DNA of 64,000 bases, taken from IMG/VR virus record IMGVR_UViG_3300043449_000987, positions 36,368 to 100,367 of that record; one strand, 5' to 3'. The position numbers and the translations under genes were made by a program. Source of the stretch: a virus. Below are positions 16,826 to 27,401 of this stretch, in pieces (the stretch's first letter is position 1; every line of letters begins with the position of its first letter). The notes below the pieces were generated by a model that saw only the letters and a program-made list of their open reading frames with translations, was not told where the DNA came from and searched no databases.

Positions 16826-17825
16826 TTAATTGCGACTTGATAGATTCTTGCAAGTCAAGATCCTCTCTGACACGATTAACAAATGCTTCTTTACCCTGAA
16901 CCTTTGTGCCATCTGGAAGAATATACCATGCCCCAGTTCTTTCTACAATACCATTAAGTTCTGCTGTAGTTACAAGGTCACCAATTACATCGAGACCAAC
17001 TTCATCGCCTCTAAAATAAAAATCATATTCGCCAGATTGAAACCCTGGAGATGTTTTTGAAAATTGCAATTCCCATCTTACGGTTCTTCCAACTTTTTCT
17101 TCAATTAACTTATCTCCAACTTTAATCTTGCCTTTAATTGCCTGATTATCTGATTCAGAACTAAAAAGTTTAATTACACATGAAGAATAAAACTTAGTAG
17201 CCTGCCCACCAGAAGGTTGCTGACTGGTATACATGGCATTAATATTGTTGCGAGACTGACTAATAAGAACAAGTAGCGTAGGCTTAACCTTATTGTTAGC
17301 ATAGTTAAGCATTTTCCATGCATTACTAAAATCTCTAGACTCTGCACCAATCTGCTTTGTATTTTCCAAAGCCTTCATTTCATCAGTGTCCTTTTCAAAA
17401 TAAATTGCAGGAAGCATTGATGTAATAGAATCCACCACAATTAAATCTACGCCAGCGTTCATCAGTGCAACGCCAACGTCAACCATGTCGCTAATTGTCC
17501 TTGCTTGTGAGTAAATTAGTTTTGTTGGATCTACTCCAAGTTGTCTTGCCCAATCTTCAGAATAGGACATTTCTGAGTCTATCCATGCACAAACCTTGCC
17601 CTCTTTTTGTGCCATACCAATCATTTGTAAACACATAGAAGACTTTGCTGATGACTTACTGCCCCAAATCAATACCTGTCGACCATAGGGTAGTCCACCA
17701 CCTAGTGCACGATTTAAACCAAAACTAGGTGTGGGTTGATACTCAAAAGTCACACCTTCGCCAGTTCCTAACTTTTTACGCAACTTGGGGTCAAGTTGTG
17801 CCATTACCTCTTCTACGCTAAGCAT
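16818..17825 (-). CDS. recA: RecA/UvsX-like recombinase
   Basis: ALGGGLPYGR, P-loop GSKSSAKSS, WIDSE, IVVDS, SGG.A.KFYSS. Confidence 0.93.
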   Translation of the reverse strand: MLSVEEVMAQLDPKLRKKLGTGEGVTFEYQPTPSFGLNRALGGGLPYGRQVLIWGSKSSAKSSMCLQMIGMAQKEGKVCAWIDSEMSYSEDWARQLGVDPTKLIYSQARTISDMVDVGVALMNAGVDLIVVDSITSMLPAIYFEKDTDEMKALENTKQIGAESRDFSNAWKMLNYANNKVKPTLLVLISQSRNNINAMYTSQQPSGGQATKFYSSCVIKLFSSESDNQAIKGKIKVGDKLIEEKVGRTVRWELQFSKTSPGFQSGEYDFYFRGDEVGLDVIGDLVTTAELNGIVERTGAWYILPDGTKVQGKEAFVNRVREDLDLQESIKSQLNG

Positions 17826-20800
17826 TTATATCCTCCAATATAACTGTTCCATCTTTTGTTTTACCAAGTTCAAATTTATATGCATGACCCTCTTCAATTT
17901 TCATATATGCCTTTGCAAATGCTGTTGGGAATACAGTAATTGAGTGAAGATCTCTAGCCGTATCTGCAACAGTTAATGATGCCATCTTTTTACCAGCCTT
18001 TGTAATTCTTGGCTTAAATGAAACAACAAACATTTCATCATCTTTATATGGCAACTGTTTATAATTTAAAAATTTCACAACACCTGCACTAGATGTTTTG
18101 ATTGAATCTACAGGCACAGCAGAAAGAATCCGATTATCATTAGCAAGAATGATATACGATACGCCTGCTTCAATAGTTGTTTGTTCGTCATCAAAAATAC
18201 CTACACTTCCTGTTTTATCTAGCACTTCTACTCTTGACCAACCTTTTGCTCTCTTAATAGATTTTACCATACCCATTAAAATAAAGGAACCCTTTTCTTC
18301 ATAATCTTCAATTGGACTTATAAAGGCATGATAGTGTGATGGTACGGTAATATTAAATTCTGGAAGATTTAAATATTCATATAAATTTTCTTTAATTTCT
18401 TGTTCATTTCTTGGATTGTCTGCAAAAGTTGCTGCACCAATAACTCTCAATGCTTGAAGTGCACGAGAATTTACTCCGTTTCCTTTTGTAAAGGTGAACT
18501 CTTCAAGTTCTTTATACGAATTGAACGGTCTAGCAGATATGTATCTTTCACCAACTTTGTCAGATATGAACTTGATAGCACTGAGTCCAAACCGAATGCC
18601 CTTACCCTCAATCTTAAAATCAATATCCGAATCGTTAATGTGAGGTAGTTTAATGCTAATCCCCATTCTTTTTGCTTCAATAAGATATTCAGTTCTTGCA
18701 TCTTTGTCCTTTTCATTTTTTAATAGTGAATACATAAACTCAAGTGGGTAATGATACTTTAGCCATGCCGTCCAATACGAGAGCGTAGAGTAAGCAACCG
18801 CATGAGACTTGTTGAACGAGTAGCCTGCATGCGCCTCAAAGTCATGCCAAAGATCACGAGCCGTATTGGGACTAATATAGGCAGAAGCACCTTTAATGAA
18901 TTGTTCTTGGTATACGTCAAACTCTTTAGCATCTTTTTTCTTACCAATGATTTTTCTAACTTTATCTGCTTCCGACATGGACATACCTCCAAGGTATACG
19001 CATGCTTGCATAACTTGTTCCTGGTAAAGAATGCAGCCATATGTGTCCTCCGTAAATTCTTTTAGTATTTGATGAGTATACCCAATATTTTGACGACCAT
19101 GCTTACGTTCAATATAATCTTTACCAATTGTATTCATTGCGCCTGGGCGAACTAGAGCATTTGAAGCAGCCAGTTCAGATAAATTCTTTACACCCATTTT
19201 AACAAGAAGGTTGGTATACGGTGCTGCTTCACACTGAAACACTCCCTTTGTATAGCCATCAGACAGCATCTGATAAACATTTGCATCGTCCATTGGAATG
19301 CTAAGTGGATCAATAGTTTTACCATCTCGTTCTTTAATAATATCTAATGCATCTTTAACAACACTTAGTGTTTTAAGTCCAAGTGCGTCGATCTTGATAA
19401 GACCAATCTTTTCAGCCTCTTCCATGTCCACCGCAACAACAGGAATACGCTCATCACTGCCAGTAGCAGAACGTGTCTCCATTGGTGCGTACCTAAAAAT
19501 AGGATCTTTACTAGTGACAACACCAGCAGCATGAATGCCAGTACCTCTAATACGACCACGTAATTGTTCGCCATAAATTTCTACCTCTGGATATTTCTCA
19601 CGGAATTCCCGTGTTGTCTTAGATGTGCAAAACTCATCCCACGTATCCACAAGTTTAAGCACCTTGTTTACATCTGTGAGTGGAATATTTAATACTCGTG
19701 CAACATCTCTTACTACGCCCTTATCTTTAAAAGAAAGGAATGTAGCAATAGATGCAACATGTCTATATTGTCTAACAAGATAATCTTTAACTTCTTCACG
19801 ACGAGAGTCTTGAATATCTGTATCAATATCAGGAAAGTCATTGCGCTCTGGATTAATAAATCTAAAGAAAAGCAGTTTATGCTTAATCGGATCAATGTCT
19901 GTGATTTTTAGTGCATAACATAATAAAGATCCAGCAGCAGAACCACGACCTGGACCTACCATGATTCCTTCTTTTTTTGCCCATGTGATCATATTACGCA
20001 CAACAAGAAAGTATGGACCAAACTTTTTATCTTTAATTACTTTAAGTTCTTCATCAAGTCTGTCTAAGTATTCTTGATTATCTGCAAGGCCTCGCTCCTT
20101 TAATCCCTCAAGTGCGAGTTCCTTAAGTTCTTTATCTGGATGCTTATATTGTACTGGCAGTAAATCAAGACCTTCTTGAATTCCATAGTCCATAACTTTT
20201 TCAGCAATGGAAAGAGTATTGGAATAAATGTCTGGTCTATCAATACCCTGTGCTTCCATTGCAGACTTCATCTCTTCGTATGAAAGAAGATGAATGTCAA
20301 ACTCATTAAATGTAATTTGGCGATCATGTCCGTATAGGTAATCCAAGCGATCCATCATATTGTCAAACTTCTTTGACTTTTCAAATGTATGCTCTTTGTC
20401 TATTTTGACATGTGTATTTAACAGAAGTTTAAACTCTTGGATTTCTTTCTGATCAACAGAACTATGGTGGCAGTCAGGGGTAACAACAACCTGAACTCCA
20501 AACTCGTCTGCCAATTGAATTAACTGCTTATTAATTTCTGCCTGATTGTGTGGCATCACCTCAATATAGTAGTCATCATTAAATACTCGCTTAAACCATT
20601 CAATGTGCTTCTTTGCTACTGCAAATTCATTATTCTCAAGAGCCTTTACAAGTACGCTACTTGGGCATGCAGAAGTAACAATAATACCCTCTGAATATTT
20701 CTCAAGAATCTCAAAGTCAAACCTTGGCTTCTTGAAGTAACCTTCTGTCCATGCAATCTCATTAATTTTGTTAAGGTTCTCTAGACCAATTTGGTTCTTG

Positions 20801-21090
20801 GCGAGAAGAACTATATGGTTGTAGACTAGATCTAGATCTCCATCTCTTTCAGACTTATCTCTAGTATCAAATCTATCTTGACACATATAGCCTTCTACAC
20901 CAAGTATAGGCTTAATACCCTTCGCTTTTGCAATACGGTGCAGTTCCCTATGCCCAGATAAAGTACCGTGGTCAGTGATGGCAATTGCTGGCATCCCCAA
21001 CGCAACTGCACGGTCGATGTATTCTTCTGGAGTAGCGATCCCGTCAAACAGGGAATAGTGGGTATGTACGTGTAAGCCTACGTAAGACAT
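17818..21090 (-). CDS. dnaE: DNA polymerase III alpha subunit (family C) with an intact PHP domain
   Basis: HVHTHYSLFDG, TDHG, GRGSAAGS, PDIDTD, HAAG, YSFNKSH. Confidence 0.97.
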   Translation of the reverse strand: MSYVGLHVHTHYSLFDGIATPEEYIDRAVALGMPAIAITDHGTLSGHRELHRIAKAKGIKPILGVEGYMCQDRFDTRDKSERDGDLDLVYNHIVLLAKNQIGLENLNKINEIAWTEGYFKKPRFDFEILEKYSEGIIVTSACPSSVLVKALENNEFAVAKKHIEWFKRVFNDDYYIEVMPHNQAEINKQLIQLADEFGVQVVVTPDCHHSSVDQKEIQEFKLLLNTHVKIDKEHTFEKSKKFDNMMDRLDYLYGHDRQITFNEFDIHLLSYEEMKSAMEAQGIDRPDIYSNTLSIAEKVMDYGIQEGLDLLPVQYKHPDKELKELALEGLKERGLADNQEYLDRLDEELKVIKDKKFGPYFLVVRNMITWAKKEGIMVGPGRGSAAGSLLCYALKITDIDPIKHKLLFFRFINPERNDFPDIDTDIQDSRREEVKDYLVRQYRHVASIATFLSFKDKGVVRDVARVLNIPLTDVNKVLKLVDTWDEFCTSKTTREFREKYPEVEIYGEQLRGRIRGTGIHAAGVVTSKDPIFRYAPMETRSATGSDERIPVVAVDMEEAEKIGLIKIDALGLKTLSVVKDALDIIKERDGKTIDPLSIPMDDANVYQMLSDGYTKGVFQCEAAPYTNLLVKMGVKNLSELAASNALVRPGAMNTIGKDYIERKHGRQNIGYTHQILKEFTEDTYGCILYQEQVMQACVYLGGMSMSEADKVRKIIGKKKDAKEFDVYQEQFIKGASAYISPNTARDLWHDFEAHAGYSFNKSHAVAYSTLSYWTAWLKYHYPLEFMYSLLKNEKDKDARTEYLIEAKRMGISIKLPHINDSDIDFKIEGKGIRFGLSAIKFISDKVGERYISARPFNSYKELEEFTFTKGNGVNSRALQALRVIGAATFADNPRNEQEIKENLYEYLNLPEFNITVPSHYHAFISPIEDYEEKGSFILMGMVKSIKRAKGWSRVEVLDKTGSVGIFDDEQTTIEAGVSYIILANDNRILSAVPVDSIKTSSAGVVKFLNYKQLPYKDDEMFVVSFKPRITKAGKKMASLTVADTARDLHSITVFPTAFAKAYMKIEEGHAYKFELGKTKDGTVILEDINA

Positions 21091-21093
21091 CTA

Positions 21094-21747
21094 TTACCAG
21101 TCAATATTTGTGCTGGTAACAGAAGGTGTGTCAAATCCAAAGTAGAATGCTTCTTGCTCTGGATATGGAACCTCACGAACAACCTTTTCTAGGTTGAATG
21201 ATTCAAATCCATCCCACTTAAATGGTTCTGAATCTGGCTTTGATGGCAGAAGTGTGTAATTAGTTTCAGTTCCCTGACCATTACGCTTTAACTTCCACTC
21301 AAGATTTGAGATGCTACCTGTATCAAGTGCATACTCACGGATATTATTAAATGCTGATTGCTTGCTGATGCCTTGTGACCAAACAGCAATGTATGGATCT
21401 TCTAGTCCATCATCAACAAGAACGTTGCAATAGAAACGAAGTCTTGCTCTCCAACCAGACTTTGGCTCCTTACGTGCCATCTCACAACCAAAACAGCGTC
21501 CTTCTGATTCCATTGTGCAAGCAGCCTTGCGCTTATAATCTTTTGGATTTGTGTGTTCTGATACTACAACAGATAGTCCACGACTTTCTGCATAGTTTGC
21601 TGAGTCAGAATCTAGTTCTTCAACAAAACGAACCTTTGCTGACTGACCATCCGCTAGTTTGACCCAGCGAACCTTTTGTCCTGTACTTTCATATTTTGGC
21701 TTTTCGAGTAGGGCGTTTATATCTTTTAATCCCTTAATTACACTCAT
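21094..21747 (-). CDS. Single-stranded DNA-binding protein (gp32-like)
   Basis: Zn-type Cys cluster, KRNGQGTETNY, acidic/aromatic C-terminus, position next to the polymerase. Confidence 0.7.
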   Translation of the reverse strand: MSVIKGLKDINALLEKPKYESTGQKVRWVKLADGQSAKVRFVEELDSDSANYAESRGLSVVVSEHTNPKDYKRKAACTMESEGRCFGCEMARKEPKSGWRARLRFYCNVLVDDGLEDPYIAVWSQGISKQSAFNNIREYALDTGSISNLEWKLKRNGQGTETNYTLLPSKPDSEPFKWDGFESFNLEKVVREVPYPEQEAFYFGFDTPSVTSTNIDW

Positions 21748-21771
21748 TGTTTCTCCTTTATGTTGTTTATA

Positions 21772-22716
21772 TTATTTTAGCATAGACTGTATTGATTTGT
21801 CAAATTGGAATTCAAGTGCTTTGATAGACTCGTCATCCATATCTCCAATGTCTTTATATTGCTTATTCAATTGTATCACAGAGACACGAGAGCCAAGTTT
21901 TTCAATTATCTTATCTTTCATGTTTCCGCCTGCCTCATCATTATCGGCAATAACAATTATGTTATTGAAATATTTTTGAAGCAATTCTATTTGTGTATTA
22001 GATACATTAGATCCAAGTGTTGCAACTGCTGGAAAACCAACCTGATCCAGTCTAATTGCATCAAATGACGATTCCACTACATACACCCTATCTGCTGTTT
22101 TTACTCTATTTAAATTAAACAGTGTTTTGGCTTTTGGAAGCCCTGGAGTATTCTTGAACTCTTTTCCTTCTACAGATCTTCCTACAAATCCAACTGGCAT
22201 TCCATCTGGACTATGAACTGGAACAGTAACCATATCTTGTTTTTCAGAATACCCTAAAGAAAATTTTGCCCATGAAAGAGTATTAATCTTTCTATAATTA
22301 AAATAATTTTTTGCACGTTCTGATATAAGTAAATTATTATATAAACGCTTTAATATTAATTCGTCAAACTGGACAAACTCTGGCTTTTGTACTAACTTCT
22401 GATTAATGTCACGCTCTAGGTCCTGCTCTGTTTCTTTGCTTTTAATAAATCTAATTGATTCAAAATATGTTCTGCCAGTCATATGCATTACAAACTCGAT
22501 AAGATCAGCAATTTTGTGACAAGCAAAACAAAAAAATGTTCCATTTGTTTTATCAATTTCGCCTGCTGGCGTTCTGTTATTATTGTGAAATGGACAAAAG
22601 ATTATATAGTCGGAGTCTACCTCAGACTCAACTGTTACACCTGCTCCTGAGAGTACTCTTTTGATTTGCTCTTTTGTATATAGATTGGCTTGTTTACGTC
22701 TATCCCTAAGATCCAT
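21772..22716 (-). CDS. dnaG: DNA primase (CHC2 Zn finger + TOPRIM)
   Basis: CPFH...CFAC, VVES.FD, DNDEAG. Confidence 0.92.
   Translation of the reverse strand: MDLRDRRKQANLYTKEQIKRVLSGAGVTVESEVDSDYIIFCPFHNNNRTPAGEIDKTNGTFFCFACHKIADLIEFVMHMTGRTYFESIRFIKSKETEQDLERDINQKLVQKPEFVQFDELILKRLYNNLLISERAKNYFNYRKINTLSWAKFSLGYSEKQDMVTVPVHSPDGMPVGFVGRSVEGKEFKNTPGLPKAKTLFNLNRVKTADRVYVVESSFDAIRLDQVGFPAVATLGSNVSNTQIELLQKYFNNIIVIADNDEAGGNMKDKIIEKLGSRVSVIQLNKQYKDIGDMDDESIKALEFQFDKSIQSMLK
21774..21803 (-). promoter_or_regulatory. Promoter TTGACA-N18-TAAAAT with TG extension, upstream of the SSB-dnaE-recA operon
   Basis: -35 at 21798-21803; -10 at 21774-21779. Confidence 0.75.
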
Positions 22717-22961
22717 TCACTTTTCCTCTTCCCTGCGTATACTCCATGTACTGATATTTCAAACTCAAAATACTGCTTCTTTTCATTATAGTCTATCGTA
22801 AAATCTGGGTCAATGTCAATTCTTGGCACATATCCACAATTCCGCATTTCTGAAATGAGTAGGCGTGTATACTCATTTTTGAGTCTACCAAGCGCAGATT
22901 CATCATGTATTACCCCGTCCAAACGGAATATCTTAATGGGCTTGTGGTGAAAATTTTCCAT
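22635..22961 (-). CDS. Hypothetical protein, leaderless
   Basis: ATG 5 nt after TATAAT (22967-22972). Confidence 0.65.
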   Translation of the reverse strand: MENFHHKPIKIFRLDGVIHDESALGRLKNEYTRLLISEMRNCGYVPRIDIDPDFTIDYNEKKQYFEFEISVHGVYAGKRKSEWILGIDVNKPIYIQKSKSKEYSQEQV

Positions 22962-22973
22962 GCCATATTATAA

Positions 22974-24194
22974 CTACTTATCTTCAAAGTCTTTATAACG
23001 GTAATAACCCTTGTCAAAATCAACCTGAACTAAAAAATCACCCATAAACCCGTTACGGTTTTTTCTAAAAGCACACTCAATAACATCACTATTCTGGCTT
23101 CGTCCAAGAGCAATAACCCAGTCTGCATCGTAGGCAATTTGTCTAGACCAAGCAGTTTGCCCTAATGTTGGAACAGTAGACAGATCATTAACATCATCAG
23201 GTGTTGCAGATGAAATTGCAATAATTGGCACTTCTTCACCAATAGCCATAAGTTTAAGTTCTCGTGAAAGGTTCTTCATTCGTACCGTTTCATTATCTGA
23301 CTTTTGATTAGGAGCCATTAACTGCAAGTAGTCAACGATTACAAAGTCTGGCTTATATTGGTCAATCTTTCCACGAAGAACTGATGGGTTAATTTCTCCA
23401 CCCTGATCATTAGATATAATATGAAACTCTGGTTTTCCTGCAAGATGCTTGGCATGCCACATTTTCAAAGTATCTAATTCAACTTCACCATTAGATAATT
23501 TTCTATGTGACCATAGACCCTCACCCATAATTGTAAAGACACGATTTCTAACTTCTGTTTCAGACATTTCTAATGAAATAATTAATGGCGACTTTCCCTG
23601 CTTCCATGCTTGAACAGCAAAATAAAGCGCCATCCAAGACTTACCAATTCCAGGATATGCAAGGAAGACTCCAAGTTGTCCTGGCATAATTCCTGCTGGT
23701 AAGTAATTATCAAACCCTGGTAGGTTTGTTTTAATTCCAACTTTGCCAAGTGCCTGTTGTTCTTTTACTGACTCAAAGTAGGCAACTGCAGACTCTAAGT
23801 CTGTTACATCAATATCCCTGATTGCAGAAGTATTCTTTTTTAATTCAGATGTTTGTGTGATTAAAACTTCTAGCGCTTGGTTTCCATTGCCCTGTTGTAC
23901 TTCTGTAGCAGCAGATCTAAGAATATCCTTTAAACTGTCTGTTAAATATTCTGTCTGCAATTCTTCTAGATGGTGCTTTGTTGCTCCAATACCATCAATA
24001 GGCTGAAAGTCTCTAAACTTTTCAACAACCAATGATGTTGGTGGAACTGAACTATTGTGCTCAAAATAATTTCTAATAAATTGCCACACGTCATTATGGG
24101 TTCTTAATAAATTATCGACGTTAGCCTGAAGAAGTACATGAACCTGCTTGTCTGTTAGTACGGCAGAAATTAGTTTTGCTTCTGTGTTATTCAC
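22974..24194 (-). CDS. dnaB: Replicative DNA helicase (DnaB family)
   Basis: AYPGIGKS, SLEMS, IVDYLQLM, KNRNG. Confidence 0.93.
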   Translation of the reverse strand: MNNTEAKLISAVLTDKQVHVLLQANVDNLLRTHNDVWQFIRNYFEHNSSVPPTSLVVEKFRDFQPIDGIGATKHHLEELQTEYLTDSLKDILRSAATEVQQGNGNQALEVLITQTSELKKNTSAIRDIDVTDLESAVAYFESVKEQQALGKVGIKTNLPGFDNYLPAGIMPGQLGVFLAYPGIGKSWMALYFAVQAWKQGKSPLIISLEMSETEVRNRVFTIMGEGLWSHRKLSNGEVELDTLKMWHAKHLAGKPEFHIISNDQGGEINPSVLRGKIDQYKPDFVIVDYLQLMAPNQKSDNETVRMKNLSRELKLMAIGEEVPIIAISSATPDDVNDLSTVPTLGQTAWSRQIAYDADWVIALGRSQNSDVIECAFRKNRNGFMGDFLVQVDFDKGYYRYKDFEDK

Positions 24195-24495
24195 TTAGCC
24201 ACTTCCTTGCCATTTTTCTTCTTTCTGCTCTTTCAGAGTCGTCTTTTTCTTTTTCTAATTTTGCTTGTAATATTTTTTCTGTATTGTACGCAAAGTAATT
24301 CCAACTAGGAGACTGAGCGACATTAAAATAATAACTAAGTAGATCATAGCAAACTCCTATTCCATACGATTCAATGAGTGCATCTGCTGCCCATTGTTCT
24401 ACGTTTAAGTTTAAAGATGGCTTAATCTCATACTTACTAGTATGGTGCTTGCTATAACGACTGAGCAAAGCCATTCGGTCTTTGCGTTCTGCCAT
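24187..24495 (-). CDS. Hypothetical protein next to the helicase
   Basis: Overlapping operon ORF. Confidence 0.65.
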   Translation of the reverse strand: MAERKDRMALLSRYSKHHTSKYEIKPSLNLNVEQWAADALIESYGIGVCYDLLSYYFNVAQSPSWNYFAYNTEKILQAKLEKEKDDSERAERRKMARKWLSE

Positions 24496-24704
24496 TATCC
24501 TTCTGCAGCCTCCGCTTGAGCCTCTTTAATCTTTTCCGTTAGTTTATCTTCAACAAACTTATAAACACGCTCAAAAGCCTGGTCAGTGTTTTCGCCATCT
24601 CTCTTGTTGTCTACAACACCAAGGTCTAGTCTAAGAGATTGGAAATTTCCAAGATTAAGCGTATAGCCTAAAGTAACAGATACTTTAGTTTCTTCCATGT
24701 TCAT
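24495..24704 (-). CDS. Small conserved phage protein (TLNLGNFQSLRLD)
   Basis: The NLGN.QS.R motif is typical of a small phage family. Confidence 0.65.
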   Translation of the reverse strand: MNMEETKVSVTLGYTLNLGNFQSLRLDLGVVDNKRDGENTDQAFERVYKFVEDKLTEKIKEAQAEAAEG

Positions 24705-24713
24705 ACCCCTTTG

Positions 24714-25256
24714 TTATATAGATTCGTTCCAAATTGGAACAAACCGTCCATCTTCTGTCTTCGTATATGTAAGTATACCATCACCCATACGACGTGTCAA
24801 CTCAGCCTTTGTGGGTGTAATATCATTTGTTATTAAATTATCTTTTCTTGGTCTACCAATATGGTATGTAGCAAGTATATCACGAATCTCTCTTACTTGC
24901 GACTCAGAGTAGTATGATCTTACTTGAAAACCTCTAGCCCCACCCTTTTGCGATCCTGTGGGAAATGGAATGACTCCTCGTTTCATTAATGATGGCATAT
25001 ACTTTTTATGTCTATTCACTAATTCCGCAGTTTCTCCAACAGTGTATGCACGTTCTCTTTTATTTTTAAAATCACTAATTAAACAACTTTCAATTCTATC
25101 TTGAGTAATATTATAAACAGACATTATGCCATTTGATTTATTAAAGTGATGAACTCTAACTAAATCATTATTCAAAAACCAAACCTTTTTATTTCCAGGA
25201 ATTACAGGTTTGAGATTGTAGCCTTCGCTCTCTGTTGTTCCTTTTTTAGTAGCCAT
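24714..25256 (-). CDS. MerR-like HTH DNA-binding protein (start revised to MATKK)
   Basis: YTVGETAELVNR...R.Y.E..V; GAGGG SD. Confidence 0.7.
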   Translation of the reverse strand: MATKKGTTESEGYNLKPVIPGNKKVWFLNNDLVRVHHFNKSNGIMSVYNITQDRIESCLISDFKNKRERAYTVGETAELVNRHKKYMPSLMKRGVIPFPTGSQKGGARGFQVRSYYSESQVREIRDILATYHIGRPRKDNLITNDITPTKAELTRRMGDGILTYTKTEDGRFVPIWNESI

Positions 25257-25396
25257 AGTCCCTCTTGTGAGTCTTGCGGTGGATGAAAGAATCTTCTTGA
25301 TCCACAATAAAGGCAATATGCCTCAAGATGATCTGGTTTTGTATATTGCCGATCAACAAACATTCTTCGTGTACATTTTAAACAATTTATTGTCAA
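25202..25396 (-). CDS. Small zinc-ribbon protein
   Basis: CLKC...CLYCG. Confidence 0.6.
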   Translation of the reverse strand: MTINCLKCTRRMFVDRQYTKPDHLEAYCLYCGSRRFFHPPQDSQEGLWLLKKEQQRAKATISNL

Positions 25397-25836
25397 TTAG
25401 GTATTCCAATTACGATTATGTTAACTGCTACAGAAAGATCTCCAGTAGAATTAAATCTTACAACTCCTTCAACTTTTGAAGTAGTAACAGTTTTTAAAAT
25501 AACAGAAACATTTTTACCTGCGTCTGTACCACCAACGTTAATAGGTGTAACTGTTGCAATTGGGGCATACTTAAAATCTGTTGGAAAGTCATAAGAGAAA
25601 GACACTTCATTGCCAGCACTCTTAGTTGCACTATTTACTACATCAATATATCCGCCAAGAATTCTGGCTTCAGATGCCTTAACACTTTGCTTTCCTGTAT
25701 TTGGCGTATCAATAGTAACATATTTATAGTTTGATGGTGAAACTTGCGACGCAAGGTCATTTAAAGCCTTTGCTAGTTGAGAAATATAGGACACATCTAG
25801 GGGTTGTCCTCTGTCGGGTAGTGGTACTTTAGCCAT
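25393..25836 (-). CDS. Probable small virion/tail protein, leaderless
   Basis: ATG 6 nt after TGGTATAAT (25843-25851); beta-rich C-terminus. Confidence 0.6.
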   Translation of the reverse strand: MAKVPLPDRGQPLDVSYISQLAKALNDLASQVSPSNYKYVTIDTPNTGKQSVKASEARILGGYIDVVNSATKSAGNEVSFSYDFPTDFKYAPIATVTPINVGGTDAGKNVSVILKTVTTSKVEGVVRFNSTGDLSVAVNIIVIGIPN

Positions 25837-25851
25837 ATATCAATTATACCA

Positions 25852-26280
25852 TTAAACGTTCGTAAGTGGGATCTCAAATAAGGTGGCGCCAGCAAATCTC
25901 TGTTTAGGAAATGTTGGTACCTGAACGGCAACTTGAATATGGTCATGTCCAGTTGTTAACGCTGCATATGATGTAGTTGCAACCGTTGTTATATAATTCC
26001 ATGCTGCATTATCCCATTTGACATAAATATCATATTCTGTAACATCTTTAACATTTTCCCATACAACTGTTGCAGTGTGATGAGGATTATCAACATTGAT
26101 TGAATAGTTAATTGGTGCTTGAGATGCAGCAGAAAGTTTGTATTGTGGTGACCAGTGAGATGTTCTATTTTTATCTTCTGACACAATTCTATATCTGACA
26201 ATATATTTTTGTTCTGTACCAAAATATGATGGCAAAGATGCTTTTGGTATAATTACCTTTTGAATTCCAGCATCTGCCAT
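25852..26280 (-). CDS. Tail-associated FN3-like protein
   Basis: Y.VRYR.VS...N..S.WS; last gene of the tail operon. Confidence 0.6.
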   Translation of the reverse strand: MADAGIQKVIIPKASLPSYFGTEQKYIVRYRIVSEDKNRTSHWSPQYKLSAASQAPINYSINVDNPHHTATVVWENVKDVTEYDIYVKWDNAAWNYITTVATTSYAALTTGHDHIQVAVQVPTFPKQRFAGATLFEIPLTNV

Positions 26281-27401
26281 TACTGCACATCCATAGCAAA
26301 TCTAAATTCAATATAGTTTGTTGTGTTTGCTGGCTTAACAATTGTTTCAGCATTATGACTTTTAATTACCGAATACCCAGTCATTCCATACAAAGGACTT
26401 GATGTTCCTTTATTTTCAAATCTGATTGCATCTAAACAAACATAAAAATCTTCTGAAGGAACTCCATTATTAATAACAGACGCATAAATTTTAACAACGT
26501 CAATACTCTTCCAAGTAAATCCACTACTTTTAATTAATTCTTGAAGTTGTTTTGTTTCAACAAAATATCGATTTGTAGAAAAATTATAATCTTCTGCATT
26601 TAAGATAACCTCAAATTTTGCATACTCTCCAGTATTAACAAGATCAGTAGAGGCAAACTCAAGAAGAATTCTTACCTCGTCTGGAGTTGCGCTAGACCCA
26701 CCATCTTTGTTGGCAATGGAAAATGCAAACTTTAACTCATCTATTGCAGAATTTTTATTAAAATCTAGGGTGGCTCCAGTTAAATGTATATGCTCTGAAT
26801 TCGCACCAACCTCTAAATGATTTGATCCATCTAGAGTTAAGTTAGCAGAATTGCCAGCAAGCATAACGGTATTGTTAAAAAACCTACATCTTTCATATCT
26901 GACAAGTCTGTTTGTATTAGTAAAAATTCTATTATCAGCATTTGTTTGAAAAACAGAATATGGCTGATCTATCACATTGTCATCGAGTTCGCTGTCAAGC
27001 GGTGTATATATGATTGGAATTGCAGTAGCAACTGTTGATGTGTGGTGTTCCCAATTTTCATCTTGTGTAAAAGCATACAGTGTTTTGCTGTCATACGCCC
27101 CTGCTGCTGGATTTGATCCTGCTGAATAAATACCAATTTCTGAAATCTCGTACCGCTCTTCTGATGGCAATTCTGCTGTCAAAACAATTTTTGAAACATT
27201 GTTTTCCTTAACATACCCACGAGAAGTAATTGGTACACGAAACATCTCAAAATCCAAACTATCCTTCAGAGAATAATCTCCAAGCACAGAGTCAGTATTT
27301 ACTGGCTTTGCACCGCAACCAACGGCAATATATGACGCATAGGCTGGTGCTTGACCAATTAAATATTTTGCAAGTATATTTTTTCCATCATTAGTTATCA
27401 T
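26280..27401 (-). CDS. Tail tip/baseplate-type structural protein
   Basis: MIT..GK.IL...YIAVG.G...ISEIGIY N-terminus. Confidence 0.6.
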   Translation of the reverse strand: MITNDGKNILAKYLIGQAPAYASYIAVGCGAKPVNTDSVLGDYSLKDSLDFEMFRVPITSRGYVKENNVSKIVLTAELPSEERYEISEIGIYSAGSNPAAGAYDSKTLYAFTQDENWEHHTSTVATAIPIIYTPLDSELDDNVIDQPYSVFQTNADNRIFTNTNRLVRYERCRFFNNTVMLAGNSANLTLDGSNHLEVGANSEHIHLTGATLDFNKNSAIDELKFAFSIANKDGGSSATPDEVRILLEFASTDLVNTGEYAKFEVILNAEDYNFSTNRYFVETKQLQELIKSSGFTWKSIDVVKIYASVINNGVPSEDFYVCLDAIRFENKGTSSPLYGMTGYSVIKSHNAETIVKPANTTNYIEFRFAMDVQ

